Shown here piece after piece: positions 23,834 through 35,262 of a stretch of DNA of 37,139 nt. How positions within the stretch are numbered: the first letter of the stretch is position 1; the number at the start of each line of letters is the position of its first letter. Position numbers and translations under genes: made by a program. Source of the stretch: Octopus bimaculoides (lineage: Eukaryota); the NCBI RefSeq assembly GCF_001194135.2, contig NC_068984.1, positions 78,455,643 to 78,492,781 of the forward strand. Direction: 5' to 3'. The notes beneath the pieces are model-generated. The model was not told the DNA's origin. It did not search any database and saw only the letters and a list, made by a program, of their open reading frames with translations.

Positions 23834-25797
23834 CTTATGTTCCAGAGATGGTCATAGACTCTTCAGATTTTTCACATAATGAGTAATGCTGCCCCTAGGG
23901 GACGAAAGCACCCCATAGGTAAATAACAAATACCAACGATTGTTGCTTTAAGGGACATTACTCTTGATGACAGGGTTAAGCTACTCTCACTTCTACTACA
24001 GTTTTTACAAAGCCCATTCACTGCAAACCACCGATATTTGCACATTAGCACTCCTTTGAGGTAGCCATGCAATTTAAGCCTACTTTTAATCATTTTTTAA
24101 ATATTATATATATTCTCTGCTTTTACTCATACAAAGTTGTGACAGTTATGCAGTTTTTACAATGCCCATTCACTGCAAACTGCCAATATTTGCATGTTAG
24201 TACAGGGCTGTTCTTGCACCTACAAATGCAACTGTTGCCACTCTTAACTACAACTTACTCAGTAAGCTACCTTCTCAAGAACATTGTTACAGACACCCAT
24301 ACCGACCTCAATCAAGTTACACACTTCCCAACAGAATTTCTCAACGCCCAACATTCTCCAGCACTCCCGTCCCATGAACTTCACTTAAAAATCGGTTGCC
24401 ATGTCATCCTCCCACACAATCTGAATGCACCAACACTATGCAATGGAACTCACCTTGTGGTCAAACAAATGATGGACCATGTCATTGAAGCCCAAATTAT
24501 CATGGGATACAGCAAAAACAATATCATTTTTATTCCGAAAATTTTGCTAATCCCAACAGACTGCGCCTACTGTAATGTGGAGACTTCAGTTTCCTCTCAA
24601 ACTCAGCTTTACCATGATGATTAACAAAGCATCAGGTCAATTGCTGAAAGTTGTCGGATTGGACATTTGAACGTCATGCTTTTCACATGGACAGTTCTGC
24701 ATCAGTTGTTCCAGAGTTGGTGATCCAGACAACTTATTCATCTGTGCTCCTGAAGGAAAAACCAAAAATGTCATGTACAAAGCAGCCCTATAATAGTTTC
24801 TCCTCTACTGCAATCTTCACATCTATGTCAAACTGTAACCGTTAGCAATCAGACTTCCTACAAGCATTTCATTGATATTTTGCTTCATTTCTGTGATTGC
24901 TGTTACCTTCAATGACTCTTCTTACTTCATGCACGCTGTTCACTCATAAGCATGCTCTGACATTTATTAAAACGGAAGGTGTGTGTGTGTGGACTGGCCT
25001 TCATCTTGATCCCCCTTAAAATCAATATTTTTCATCTAATTTCATTCACACTGGGAACATACATCACTTATGTTCCAGAGATAGTCATAGACTCCTCAAA
25101 TTTTCCACATAATGAGTAATGCTGCCCCTAGGGGACGAAAAGACCTCATAGGTAAATAACAAATATCAACGATTGTTGCTTCAAGGGACATTACTCTTGA
25201 TGACATGGTTAAGCTACTCTCACTTCTACTACAGTTTTTTCAAAGCCCAAACTTCCTAGCAATCAGACTTCCTACAAGCATTTCATTGATATTTTGCTTC
25301 ATTTCCGTGATTGTTGTTACCTTCAATGACTCTTCTTACTTCATGCACACTGTTCACTCATAAGCATGCTCTGACATTTATTTTTGTACGTCATTATTCT
25401 ATTTATGAGTTTGCTATAAATGTTTGCTTTTGTTAATCATACATGACTTTCATTGACAAAAGCTTCAATGCAGTTGTGTCAGGCATTACGAGTAAAATAA
25501 CTACTTGCTACAAAATGATTCAGGTAAGATATAGGATCCCTAATGCCAACTGCAATTGTGATCTCATTTCATGGACTTTCATTTATTACTAACTGCGAAA
25601 TTTGTGTTCAAAAACTTTATTCATTACCTAAGTTGCTTAAAACCATATAATAAACTGCTAACGAAATTGGTAATTATACATTTTACATTTATCAACTTGA
25701 AACGACTTCTAACTGCAGGCTAATTCAACTTAAATTGTCCAAAGGAGTGTGCCATTACAATAAATTACACCGTCCAAAGGACAGGTGTGTTTGCTAG
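23834..25797 (+). mobile_element. Rearranged Helitron remnant (5' end not located)
   Basis: PIF1-type helicase fragment, internal direct repeats, 3' hairpin acaccgtcc-aaa-ggacaggtgt (25767-25788) and CTAG|T at 25794-25798. Confidence 0.82.
24280..24793 (+). pseudogene. Helitron RepHel PIF1-like helicase C-terminal pseudogene
   Basis: FPTEFLN...LHLKIGCHVIL..NLNAPTLCNGT; after a frameshift RLQFPLKLSFTMMINKASGQ...CFSHGQ...SRV...KTKNVMY; one internal stop. Confidence 0.92.
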
Positions 25798-25829
25798 TAT
25801 ATATATATATATATATTTATTGGCTTACT

Positions 25830-26857
25830 TCTAACAGAGAAATGGGTGAATAAAGTGATTGAAGTAGTCAGACTATGTGATAGAATATTTAAGCTTAGAC
25901 TAGTTTTGCAGAATAGCACAGCAACAATCATCTCCGCCTATGCCCCCACTTCCAACCGCTACTATGAGACTTTTTTGCAGGCCACTTCTAAGATAAATGA
26001 CCATGACCTTATCTTCATGGCTGGTGATTTCAATGGACATATTGGGTGCATGGGGGACATGGAATTGATCCTGAAATGAGGAGGGTACAAGGCTGCTGGA
26101 GTTCTGATGCAAATAACCTAATGATCTACAGCAGTAACTTCCGAAAGCCAGCCAATCACTTGATAACCTATAAATATTCAGTGACTATACTAGCCAAATT
26201 GACTACATTCTCACCAGAAAGTAGGATTCAGGGCTGCTCATAAATGCAAAGGCCTTCCTTGGAGAAGAATGTATCCCACAGCACAGGTTACTCATTGGGG
26301 ACTTCAAGTTACTGGCCCAAAGGATTTCAAGAAGCAAGCCAGTTTGGAAAAGAAGGGTATAGAAGCTTAAGGATCCTTTGATTAGTCAGAAATTTAAAGA
26401 TGTCCTAAATGAAGCATATAATGAGAAGGAGGAGGAGTTACAGACTTGTAGCATAGAGGATAAGTGGAAGTTCCTATGGAACAACTTGGTGAGTGCCCGA
26501 GACCAGATTTGTGGCTGGTGCAAAGTCCCAGCCAGGCGTAGGGTGATGTGGTGGTGGAATAGGGTAGTTGACAGGGCCATTAGCTCAAAGAAACAGGCTT
26601 GGAAGGACTGGAAGGGTGGTGTTAGCAAAGAGTTATATCAGGCAGCAAGAAAGGAAGCTAGGAAGCAGGTACACTTAGCCAGGAGTGAAACAGAAAGAAA
26701 CAAGTTTGTCAATGTCTTGCAGCGTGAGGACCAGAGGCTTGAAGTGTTTTGGCTTGCAAGACAGTGTGCCAGGGAAAATTGTGATGTGGGAGAGAAGTGT
26801 GTTCACATGGATTATGGTTCACTTGTAGTTAGTGACTCCGCAAAGAAAGAGGCTTAG
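25830..26857 (+). mobile_element. RTE LINE ORF2 fragment (APE endonuclease C-half and linker), frameshifted
   Basis: Motifs IISAYAP, AGDFNGHIG, QIDYIL-like, QHRLL and WWWNRVVDRAISSKK. Confidence 0.9.
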
Positions 26858-26859
26858 AA

Positions 26860-27431
26860 GTGACAAAAGTGTGTCCCGACTGGAATTTGTATGTTGTTCC
26901 TTCAATGGTGTGGATGTAAGTCCTGCAGTTGGAACGACCACATTTTTTTGACAGTGGTTTGGCTTGTGTTGGGTAGTTTTGCATTGGTGAGTAGGTTTTT
27001 TAGGGATTTGGGTTGTCTTTTGCTTTCTATTATTTTATGGGTTGCGAGTACTTTTTTTAGACGTGGGTCTTGATTCAGCAGTGGAATGTTCTTGTATATA
27101 ATTGTGTAAGCTTCTGCATTTCTTGGATTGTGTGTTGAGAAATATGGGAGACTATTTAATGTACCGTGAGTGTGTTTCGATTTTCGCAAGTCTTGGGTAA
27201 CAATTGTCTTAGCCCGTTCTATTCCATTGTCAACTAATGATGCTGGGTAATGTCTTTCGAGAAGAATTGCCTTTAGTTCTTGGAGTCTTTTATTTTGTGT
27301 TCTATAATTTGAGACAATTGTATAGATTCTTCTCGCTAGGTTGAAGGGAATGTTTGTCTTCGTGTGCTTTGGGTGATTGGAGGTGAACAGAAGGTATTGT
27401 TTGGAATCAGTTGGTTTGTAGTGGATATCAG
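26860..27431 (-). mobile_element. Penelope-like element, RT thumb and linker fragment
   Basis: DIHYKPTDSKQYLLFTSNHPKHTKTNIPFNLARRI, ending at the Cys pair that precedes GIY-YIG in PLEs. Confidence 0.9.
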
Positions 27432-27446
27432 GCCTGTCTTTCCACA

Positions 27447-27675
27447 AATAACTGTTGGAAAATTAGAAACACTACTTCGATGATTGCCTCATCCTATGGT
27501 CCCACACACTTGACCAACTCATTGATTTCAAAAACTTAAATCAGCAGTGTCAACAACCATATCCAATTTACAATGGAATATAGTCCAGACCAACTTCCTT
27601 TTCTTGACATTCTCATTATAAAAAAAAGGCACCAACATTGAAACTGATATCCACTACAAACCAACTGATTCCAAA
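27447..27675 (+). mobile_element. Inverted upstream part of the same Penelope-like RT
   Basis: KHYFDDCLILW...IQFTMEYSPDQLPFLDILI...ETDIHYKPTDSK, including the YxDD motif; small frameshifts. Confidence 0.88.
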
Positions 27676-28620
27676 GAGTTTGGAGCATCCAGTGGGCAAT
27701 ATGTATTGCATATGACTATATTGTGTTGTCTTACATATACAATTAGAGTGTTACATACCAAATTTGAGTATGACAGTAAGACCTGGGGTGTGGGCTCGTC
27801 ACAGATGTGTACAGCAACTCCACCATGGCTCCTTTCCCTTCTGTCTGTTCGCAGTATGGCATATTTTGGTATGTGAACTTCTGCATCCTCTATATCAGGG
27901 CTGAGGTGAGTTTCCACGAGTGCTATGCATAGGGCTTGATTGTATGTGGCAAGGTCTCTCAGGAAAGAAATTTTGTTTTTATTATGATGCAACAGACCCC
28001 CAATATTGAGTAAAAATATTGGCGTGACAACTGTGCAAGCGTTAGGGGAGGCCATCTTGTGTCTGTTGATTATGGTTGGCAAGGTTCCATGTTGGTACTT
28101 GGTGTAACCAGGTCAGCTGCTGCACAATCTTTTGTGCCATGTACAAAAGAGACTCTTGCTCAGCTGCTGCGTTGCACATATCCTCTGAAGAGCGCTCTTC
28201 TTTTGTAAATTTTTTCCTTGGAGACATTTGTTGTCTTTCCTCAGGGAAGTTTTTCTCCTTAAGGCCCATGTAGTTTTGGCAGGCTGTCAGGTGGGCAAAC
28301 CAGCAGTTTTTGCTGTCTTTCCTATGCTGACATTTGCGTTGCAGGTAAAATTTGCAGGTCCTTGAATGCCTTTCAAATTTCTTTCCTGTAGGGTTTTGGA
28401 TGGCATTGGATCCTCCATGGGGTTTTCTGTTTTTGTTTGGTGGGTTGGGGTTTCGGTTTTGGTTTCATTTCTGCCTTTTCCTTTTTCTTCCTTTCCTTCT
28501 TTATGTTTGTGTTTATGTTCTGTCCTTCCTTTTCTTGTGGTGGGAACTTTTTTCCTCTGGTTGTCCAATGGGGTTAGGGCTCTGTTCCTTTGTAGGACCA
28601 CTGGCACAGAGGAGCTTCTA
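27676..28620 (-). mobile_element. 5' part of a CR1/L2-like LINE: ORF1 end with CCCH finger and ORF2 APE N-terminus
   Basis: ORF2 from ATG 28055: LLNIGGL, VETHL, RTDR, HGGVA. ORF1 C-x7-C-x8-C-x3-H at 28356-28291, stop at 28044-28042. Confidence 0.85.
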
Positions 28621-28644
28621 GTTATTGCTTCCTTGGCTCCCCCA

Positions 28645-28754
28645 TCCTTTTCTATATGTACGTATATACATATATGTATGTGTATGTATATATATATGCA
28701 TATGTCTATATGTATATATACATATGTATGTATATATATATGTGTATGTATATG

Positions 28755-28819
<65 letters not shown>

Positions 28820-29000
28820 AGGTATGTACATATATGTATTTATGTATGTGTGTATACATATGTATAGGTATGTACATATATGTATATATATGTATATGTA
28901 TATATGTATGTATATATATGTATATGTATATATGTATGTATATATATATATATATGTATGTATATGTATATATATATGTATTTATATATATATGTATATA
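28645..29000. repeat. (TA)n/(TATG)n microsatellite
   Basis: Directly visible. Confidence 0.95.
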
Positions 29001-29002
29001 CG

Positions 29003-29339
29003 TCAGAGTGTAGGTATCTTGAGAGAAAAGCTGAACATTAGAAGCATCAGTTGTGGTATGCAAGAGAGACGATTGCGCTGGTATGGACATGTGGTGAGAA
29101 TGGATGAGGATAGCTGCGTGAAAAAGTGCCACACCCTAACAGTTGAGGGAACCCATGGAAGAGGTAGGCCCAGGAAGACCTGGGCTGAGGTGGTGAGGCA
29201 AGACCTTCGTACATTGGGCCTCACCGAGGCGATGACTACTGACCGAGACCTTTGGAAATGTGCTGTGCGTGAGAAGACCCGGCAAGCCAAGTAAGATCGT
29301 TGCCAGTGCCCCTGGACTGGTTCTTGTGCGGGTGGCACA
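29003..29339 (+). mobile_element. Young RTE LINE 3' end (open ORF2 C-terminus and start of 3' UTR)
   Basis: [22 protein letters not shown]...GRGRPRKTW...DRDLW, stop at 29294, then the UTR runs into the gap. Confidence 0.93.
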
Positions 29340-30090
29340 NNNNNNNNNNNNNNNNNNNNNNNNNNNNNNNNNNNNNNNNNNNNNNNNNNNNNNNNNNNNN
29401 NNNNNNNNNNNNNNNNNNNNNNNNNNNNNNNNNNNNNNNNNNNNNNNNNNNNNNNNNNNNNNNNNNNNNNNNNNNNNNNNNNNNNNNNNNNNNNNNNNNN
29501 NNNNNNNNNNNNNNNNNNNNNNNNNNNNNNNNNNNNNNNNNNNNNNNNNNNNNNNNNNNNNNNNNNNNNNNNNNNNNNNNNNNNNNNNNNNNNNNNNNNN
29601 NNNNNNNNNNNNNNNNNNNNNNNNNNNNNNNNNNNNNNNNNNNNNNNNNNNNNNNNNNNNNNNNNNNNNNNNNNNNNNNNNNNNNNNNNNNNNNNNNNNN
29701 NNNNNNNNNNNNNNNNNNNNNNNNNNNNNNNNNNNNNNNNNNNNNNNNNNNNNNNNNNNNNNNNNNNNNNNNNNNNNNNNNNNNNNNNNNNNNNNNNNNN
29801 NNNNNNNNNNNNNNNNNNNNNNNNNNNNNNNNNNNNNNNNNNNNNNNNNNNNNNNNNNNNNNNNNNNNNNNNNNNNNNNNNNNNNNNNNNNNNNNNNNNN
29901 NNNNNNNNNNNNNNNNNNNNNNNNNNNNNNNNNNNNNNNNNNNNNNNNNNNNNNNNNNNNNNNNNNNNNNNNNNNNNNNNNNNNNNNNNNNNNNNNNNNN
30001 NNNNNNNNNNATATATATAAAATCAGTTTTGGGGTTTTATCAATAGATATGTGGGTATTTTATTTGAGATTATGTAAAACAATGTATATA

Positions 30091-30126
<36 letters not shown>

Positions 30127-30422
30127 TATATGTATATATGTATGTATGTATATAAATATATATGTGCAGATGCACACACCTATAAATATAAATGCATATA
30201 TATGTATCCAAGTTTGTATGATTGTGTATAGAAGAATATATTAATCAATGAAATTTCAACTTAATCTTATTTTAGCATTTTATTATTTACAATTTTTCAA
30301 TATTGACATAACCTAGTACTTTCATGCATTATGTAATCATCAGGTTTATGTAGTGACAGTCGTGTTTCACAATTGACAACGTACATATATACTGCATTAA
30401 TATATGTATGTATATATATATA

Positions 30423-30457
<35 letters not shown>

Positions 30458-30460
30458 CTG

Positions 30461-30588
30461 TTGTGTCTGGAGAGAATCATTTTCTTTTTGTGCCTTATAA
30501 TTTAACACACTCACCAGTAAAATTTTCACTTATTTCTTATTTTTATTTTCCTAAAATTTTCATTGCATCTTGCAACCTTTTCATTAGT
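30461..30588. repeat. Unclassified ~128-bp interspersed repeat, copy 2
   Basis: Aligns with 16431-16558. Confidence 0.85.
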
Positions 30589-31239
30589 CTCACACGAACT
30601 CACATAAAGAAACTTGCGTAGTGAAGAACAAGAATCCAAACAATGACATGCATTTTTATTCTTAATACATTCTAGCAGATTCAAATGTGAAGATGCCAAT
30701 TACTGTTGTGTCGTAGGAGGACAACTTCATTTAAGCCAGTGTGTGTTCATATTATGCTTGCTTCATTAATCTAAGAGGACTCTGACAACTCCAGTGTTTT
30801 GATATTTTTGTATTTCATCAGGTAAAGCACCCCAGACTCACATCCACTATCTCATTTTCTGATTTTTAAATGAAGCAATATAAAATGGATATAAACCTAA
30901 AGTCTAGATATCTAGCATGATGGAATCCTGGTTTACATTCTAGAACAGGTTGTTCTTTTATTTTGAAACTGAAAGTAAAGGTTTGCTTTAGTGAAGAACT
31001 TTGATGAAAACCTTGTGTTTGTGTGTATATGTGTGTTTGTCAATCATTTGACATTTTTAATGATTTTTTTGTATTCCTTCATTCCAACTGCTTTCAAATA
31101 CTGATGGAAGGTCTTGGAAAGTAGGCAGCAATTTGTAAGAAAGAAATTTGGGTAGATGAAAGGAAGAGTGGATAGAAAGAAGCAAGGATAGATATTTGTT
31201 AAAGACTTTTTTCTTTTTTTTCTTCTTTTTTGTTAATAG

Positions 31240-31304
31240 GCCAATCTACTTTCATGAAAGCCAAGCCAAATCCAATTGTTGCTGATTTCTTGACCTGCTT
31301 ATAG
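31240..31304 (+). other. Candidate 65-nt exon
   Basis: Long pyrimidine tract ending ttaatag and donor TAG|gtaagc; phase 2 reading PIYFHESQAKSNCC*, phase 1 reading QSTFMKAKPNPIVADFLTCL*. Confidence 0.4.
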
Positions 31305-31776
31305 GTAAGCAACCAACTTAAAATGAGTGGTTGTAGCCACCTACTATGGATACATACATATGTATATGAATATACATGTGTGTGTGCGTATGTGTGTGTG
31401 TGTGTGTGCGTATGTGTGCGTGCGTGTGTGCATGCTTGTGTATGTATGCATATCTGTGTCTGTGTGTTTTCCACCTCAAAGAGTACCACTCTAATCAATA
31501 TTTTTCAAGGAAATTATTTTCAAGCCCTGGCCACTAATCTGTTGAAATAAGGACAAATGATTCTCATTACAATGACTATATCAAGTACAATGAAAGAAAA
31601 TTGAACCCTGAGCAGCTAAAATTTCTTGTAACAATGAAAAAAAAAAATGACTTAATTCCTCCATGTACATGTCATCCTCCTAAATGCTCATAACTTTAGT
31701 AACAGTAAAACGCTGTCTCAAATACCCCAAATGGTGCTTCTAATAGTACACATATGGTTATTCAAATATCAACAGA

Positions 31777-31941
31777 GGTACAGGTGTGGCTGTGTGGTAA
31801 GAAGTTTGCTTACCAACCACAGAATTCCAAGTTCAGTCCCACTGCATGGCACTATGGGCAAATGTCTTCTACTATAACCTCGGGCTGACCAAAGCTTTAT
31901 GAGTGGATTTAGTAGATGGAAACTGAAAGAAGCCTGATGTA

Positions 31942-31981
<40 letters not shown>

Positions 31982-32160
31982 TGTGTTTGTTCCCTACCAC
32001 TGCATGATATTTGGTGTTGGTGTGTTTACATCCCCATGACTTAGCAGTTTGGAAAAAAGAGACCAGTAATATAAGTACTAGGCTTGTACTGGGTTTGATT
32101 CATTTGATTAAAATTCTTTAAGACAGTGTCCCAGCATGGCTGCAGTCTAATGACTGAAAA
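31777..32160 (+). mobile_element. SINE family A, near full length
   Basis: Colinear with 17563-17985. Confidence 0.88.
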
Positions 32161-32594
32161 AAAAAAAAAAAAATGAAAAAAAACAACAATGAAATGGATG
32201 CATGATTTACAAACATCTCTCTATCTCTTTTTTTATTTGTAGAAGTCCTTAACTGTAATTTCAGAATGAATTAAGTATAGTATTTCTAAAACAACATTTC
32301 AAGATCTTTGTATTTGTTATTTTTGATATTCAATGTTCTATCTGCACTACTATTGCATTTTATCACTCACTGATTCTTTAAACCAGAAGATATTTCTGCA
32401 ATAACAATCAATAAAATCAGACATTCAGACAATATGGAATATCCTTAAAAAAAAAAAAAAGAAAATCTAAAAAATAAAGAAAATTATACGAATTTGTCTT
32501 CACTAGTTCAACTGATTCTTGAAACATGGATACTTTTACATATACACAGAAAGTAAATTGCACTGTTTGGTTTCTGTTTTGTGAAATTTCTATT

Positions 32595-32892
32595 TGGGAA
32601 GGGCATCCAGTCATGGAAACCATGCCAAAGCAGACAGTGGAGCTTGGTGCAGTCCTCTTCCCACCAGCTCTTGGCAAACTGTCCAACCCATGCCAGCATA
32701 GAAAATGGTCATTAGCCCTTTAGTATTTAAACTGGCCATATCTGGTCAATGTTATTCTACATTAAATAATCATATCATTGGAATCTCAAGGATATGAAGT
32801 AATGCATGATTAATTTAAAACAATGTGAACCAATAAGTATTATGTTTCATAGAATACCCTGAACACTAAAGGGTTAAATGATGATGATGATG
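32595..32892 (+). mobile_element. RTE tail fragment interrupted by a MITE
   Basis: ccaacccatgccagcatagaaaatggtcatt, then the insert, then aaatgatgatgatg. Confidence 0.78.
32716..32873. mobile_element. piggyBac-type MITE (158 bp)
   Basis: Ends ccctttagt and actaaaggg; flanks ttag and ttaa (TTAA target duplication with one change). Confidence 0.75.
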
Positions 32893-32934
32893 AAAGTAAA
32901 GGGTACTTATTTGTTACTGTAGTAAATCTTGGAA

Positions 32935-34060
32935 AACGGAGCAAAGAAAGTCCAACTTTATTTGTTTTTCAAGGACAGTTTGAAATTCAGGCAGATTTTA
33001 GAAAGAATAAAAAGACTCTGCATTACAGTTTTAACTTCTCTCTCCATCGATGTCTATGATTAAGGATCTTCCTAAAATTGAAGAAAAACTGTAAAGGGCA
33101 AATTTTAATCTGTAGCACAAATGCTTAAGACCTGCCATGTCTAAAGATAGTGACAAAGTAGTTTTTGTTTGGTTTATAAACCAAAAGGTACTAAACATTC
33201 CAATTAGCAAGCCACTTTTCAAGAGAAATCTTCAGATACTGCAAAATTTGGAGGTTACTTGGATTTTCAGTTTAGAATCAGACAGTTGAATCAATTTTGT
33301 GATTGATGCAGGATAACAGTCTGTTATCCGAGGTAAGTAGCTGATGTTCTAGTTAGGGGGGAAGGAAAAAAATGCTGACAAAATGATTAAATGAAAAGAA
33401 GTGGAATAAAAAGGAAATTATTTCTCATTTCTTCTTACAAAAAGAAGACATATTTAATATAGATGAAACTGCTGTTTTTATCAGTTATATCATCATAGTA
33501 AAAAGGAAGAAAGAAGTCAAGATAATACCTAACCTCTCTTGTTTGCTGCAACGACTGGAACTGAGAAAGTATGTCCCTTTGTTATTCTAAAGTCAAAAAC
33601 TCTATGATGTGTGAAAAATGTAAATTATCTTCCAGTTTTAAATATGATACCAACAAAACAGTCTGGATAACAAGAGATTTATTTGACACTTTGTTTGTTA
33701 AACTAGACAAGAAAATGGAAGTAAAATGGAGAGTCTTGACAGTTGGTAGACACTGTTCTGCATTTAGTAAACAGCTTCATTTAGATAACATTCAGGCTGA
33801 GTCTCTTCTATGAAATTGTACTATTACAGTTTTAGAACTGTTGGATCTAGAAATAATTTGTATTTTGAAAACCCATTACAAAAAGGTGGTGGAAAAAAAG
33901 GTGAAATGTTGTTGGAAAAAATATTTTTTAATGTGGATAGTGTTGAGGAAATTTCCCACAATTGATGTTAAACTAGTGATTGATATTATAACAAATAGTG
34001 TGGTGGACAGGGAAAAAAGGAGGCAATCATAAAATGTTGGTTAAAAACCTGGTTTTTACA
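32935..34060 (+). pseudogene. pogo/Tigger-like DDE transposase fossil
   Basis: Decayed CENP-B-type HTH (VFVWF...NIPISKPL), DIFNIDETAVF, GTEK..PFVI, KTVWIT..LF, ELLDLEII..LKTHYKK and KCWLKTWF; many stops and frameshifts. Confidence 0.85.
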
Positions 34061-34080
34061 TATCTTCAGAAACAGTCCTC

Positions 34081-34148
34081 AGTGATGAAGGAATATATTT
34101 TTCAAGAAAATGAAAGTGATGAAGGAATATATTTTTCAAGAAAACGAA
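34081..34148. repeat. 34-bp tandem duplication
   Basis: agtgatgaaggaatatatttttcaagaaaa(t/c)gaa x2, 33/34 identical. Confidence 0.95.
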
Positions 34149-34424
34149 TGTAATGAAGAATTCAACTGCAGAACTTGGTTTCAAAATATTTTCTACAGGC
34201 TGTATGTTAGGAGATATTTATTACTGTGGACATCACTTGTTAATATCACATGAAGTAAATGACTATGATGTAACTGAAAGAACTAAGAAATCAGAAAAGA
34301 GTAAAGAAGAAAAGCATTAAACTGAAATTGGTATTTTGACTTGGGGGTATAAAAAAAAGGAAAGACTTTATCAGAAGCTTATTTTAGTTTTGGAAAAGTA
34401 TGGCAGTACCTTTCTTGCTCTTAA

Positions 34425-34840
34425 ATGCCATCATCAACATCATCATTGTTTTAACATCCACTTTTCCTTGCTTTCATGGGTTAGATGGAGTTTGTTGAGG
34501 CAGATTTTCTACAGCTGGATGTTGTTCTTCCTGTCACTGACACTCTCCTATTTCCAAGCGAGGTAATAGTTCCTTTTGGCCAGACATGTCTTCACAGAAT
34601 ATTGAAAATGAATGATACTCATTGACAGCTATCATGCATTGTAAAGACAAGGACACACACATACACACACACACATACACACACACACATACATGATAGG
34701 CTTCTTTCAGTATCCATCTACTGAATCCACTCACAAGGCTTTGGCTGGCCCAGTGCTGTAGTAAATAGCAGTCACTTATAGAAAGTTCCACACAGTGGGA
34801 CTGAACCCATAACCATGTGGTTGGGAAGCAAACCTCTTAA
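34425..34840 (-). mobile_element. Composite SINE (A head, (CA)n and T tail)
   Basis: T module at 34425-34660 and head at 34697-34840. Confidence 0.8.
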
Positions 34841-35262
34841 TATGTGACTTCAATTGAAAACTTTTTGTTAAATCACAATGTCAGATTTTTTAATTTACTT
34901 TTTCTAAAACTGAGTTGTTGATATGTACCATGAACTGATTATTCTTATTTACTAATGCATGAATATAAGTCTCTTAAATATTTGTGACTTTTCTTTGTTA
35001 TATTGACTTTAATATCTCAAATTTCAAAATTAAACAGAATGATTGAGAAGGGCATATCTAAATACATCTAAAACACATACATACTGGCTGTGAACTCCGC
35101 AGGAAACATTCATTTCCTTTTGTTCTTCCTTATGAACTCAGAAGTACCAGACTTACACATCTCAGCAATGATCTGGAAGAGAAATGCTTTACATAGCACA
35201 AAAATAGTTATGCATGGGGATGTTTTCTTGTAAATTAGAAAAGGATGGCAATATTAGCGTGC

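Noticed and set aside
23880-23920. cccctagggg palindrome followed by gacgaaa, resembling a hammerhead
   Set aside because: There is no CUGANGA core upstream and no stem I or III.
24067-24624. 185-aa ORF as a host PIF1 gene
   Set aside because: The N-terminal third is unrelated sequence, the helicase is frameshifted and has a stop, and a Helitron 3' end follows.
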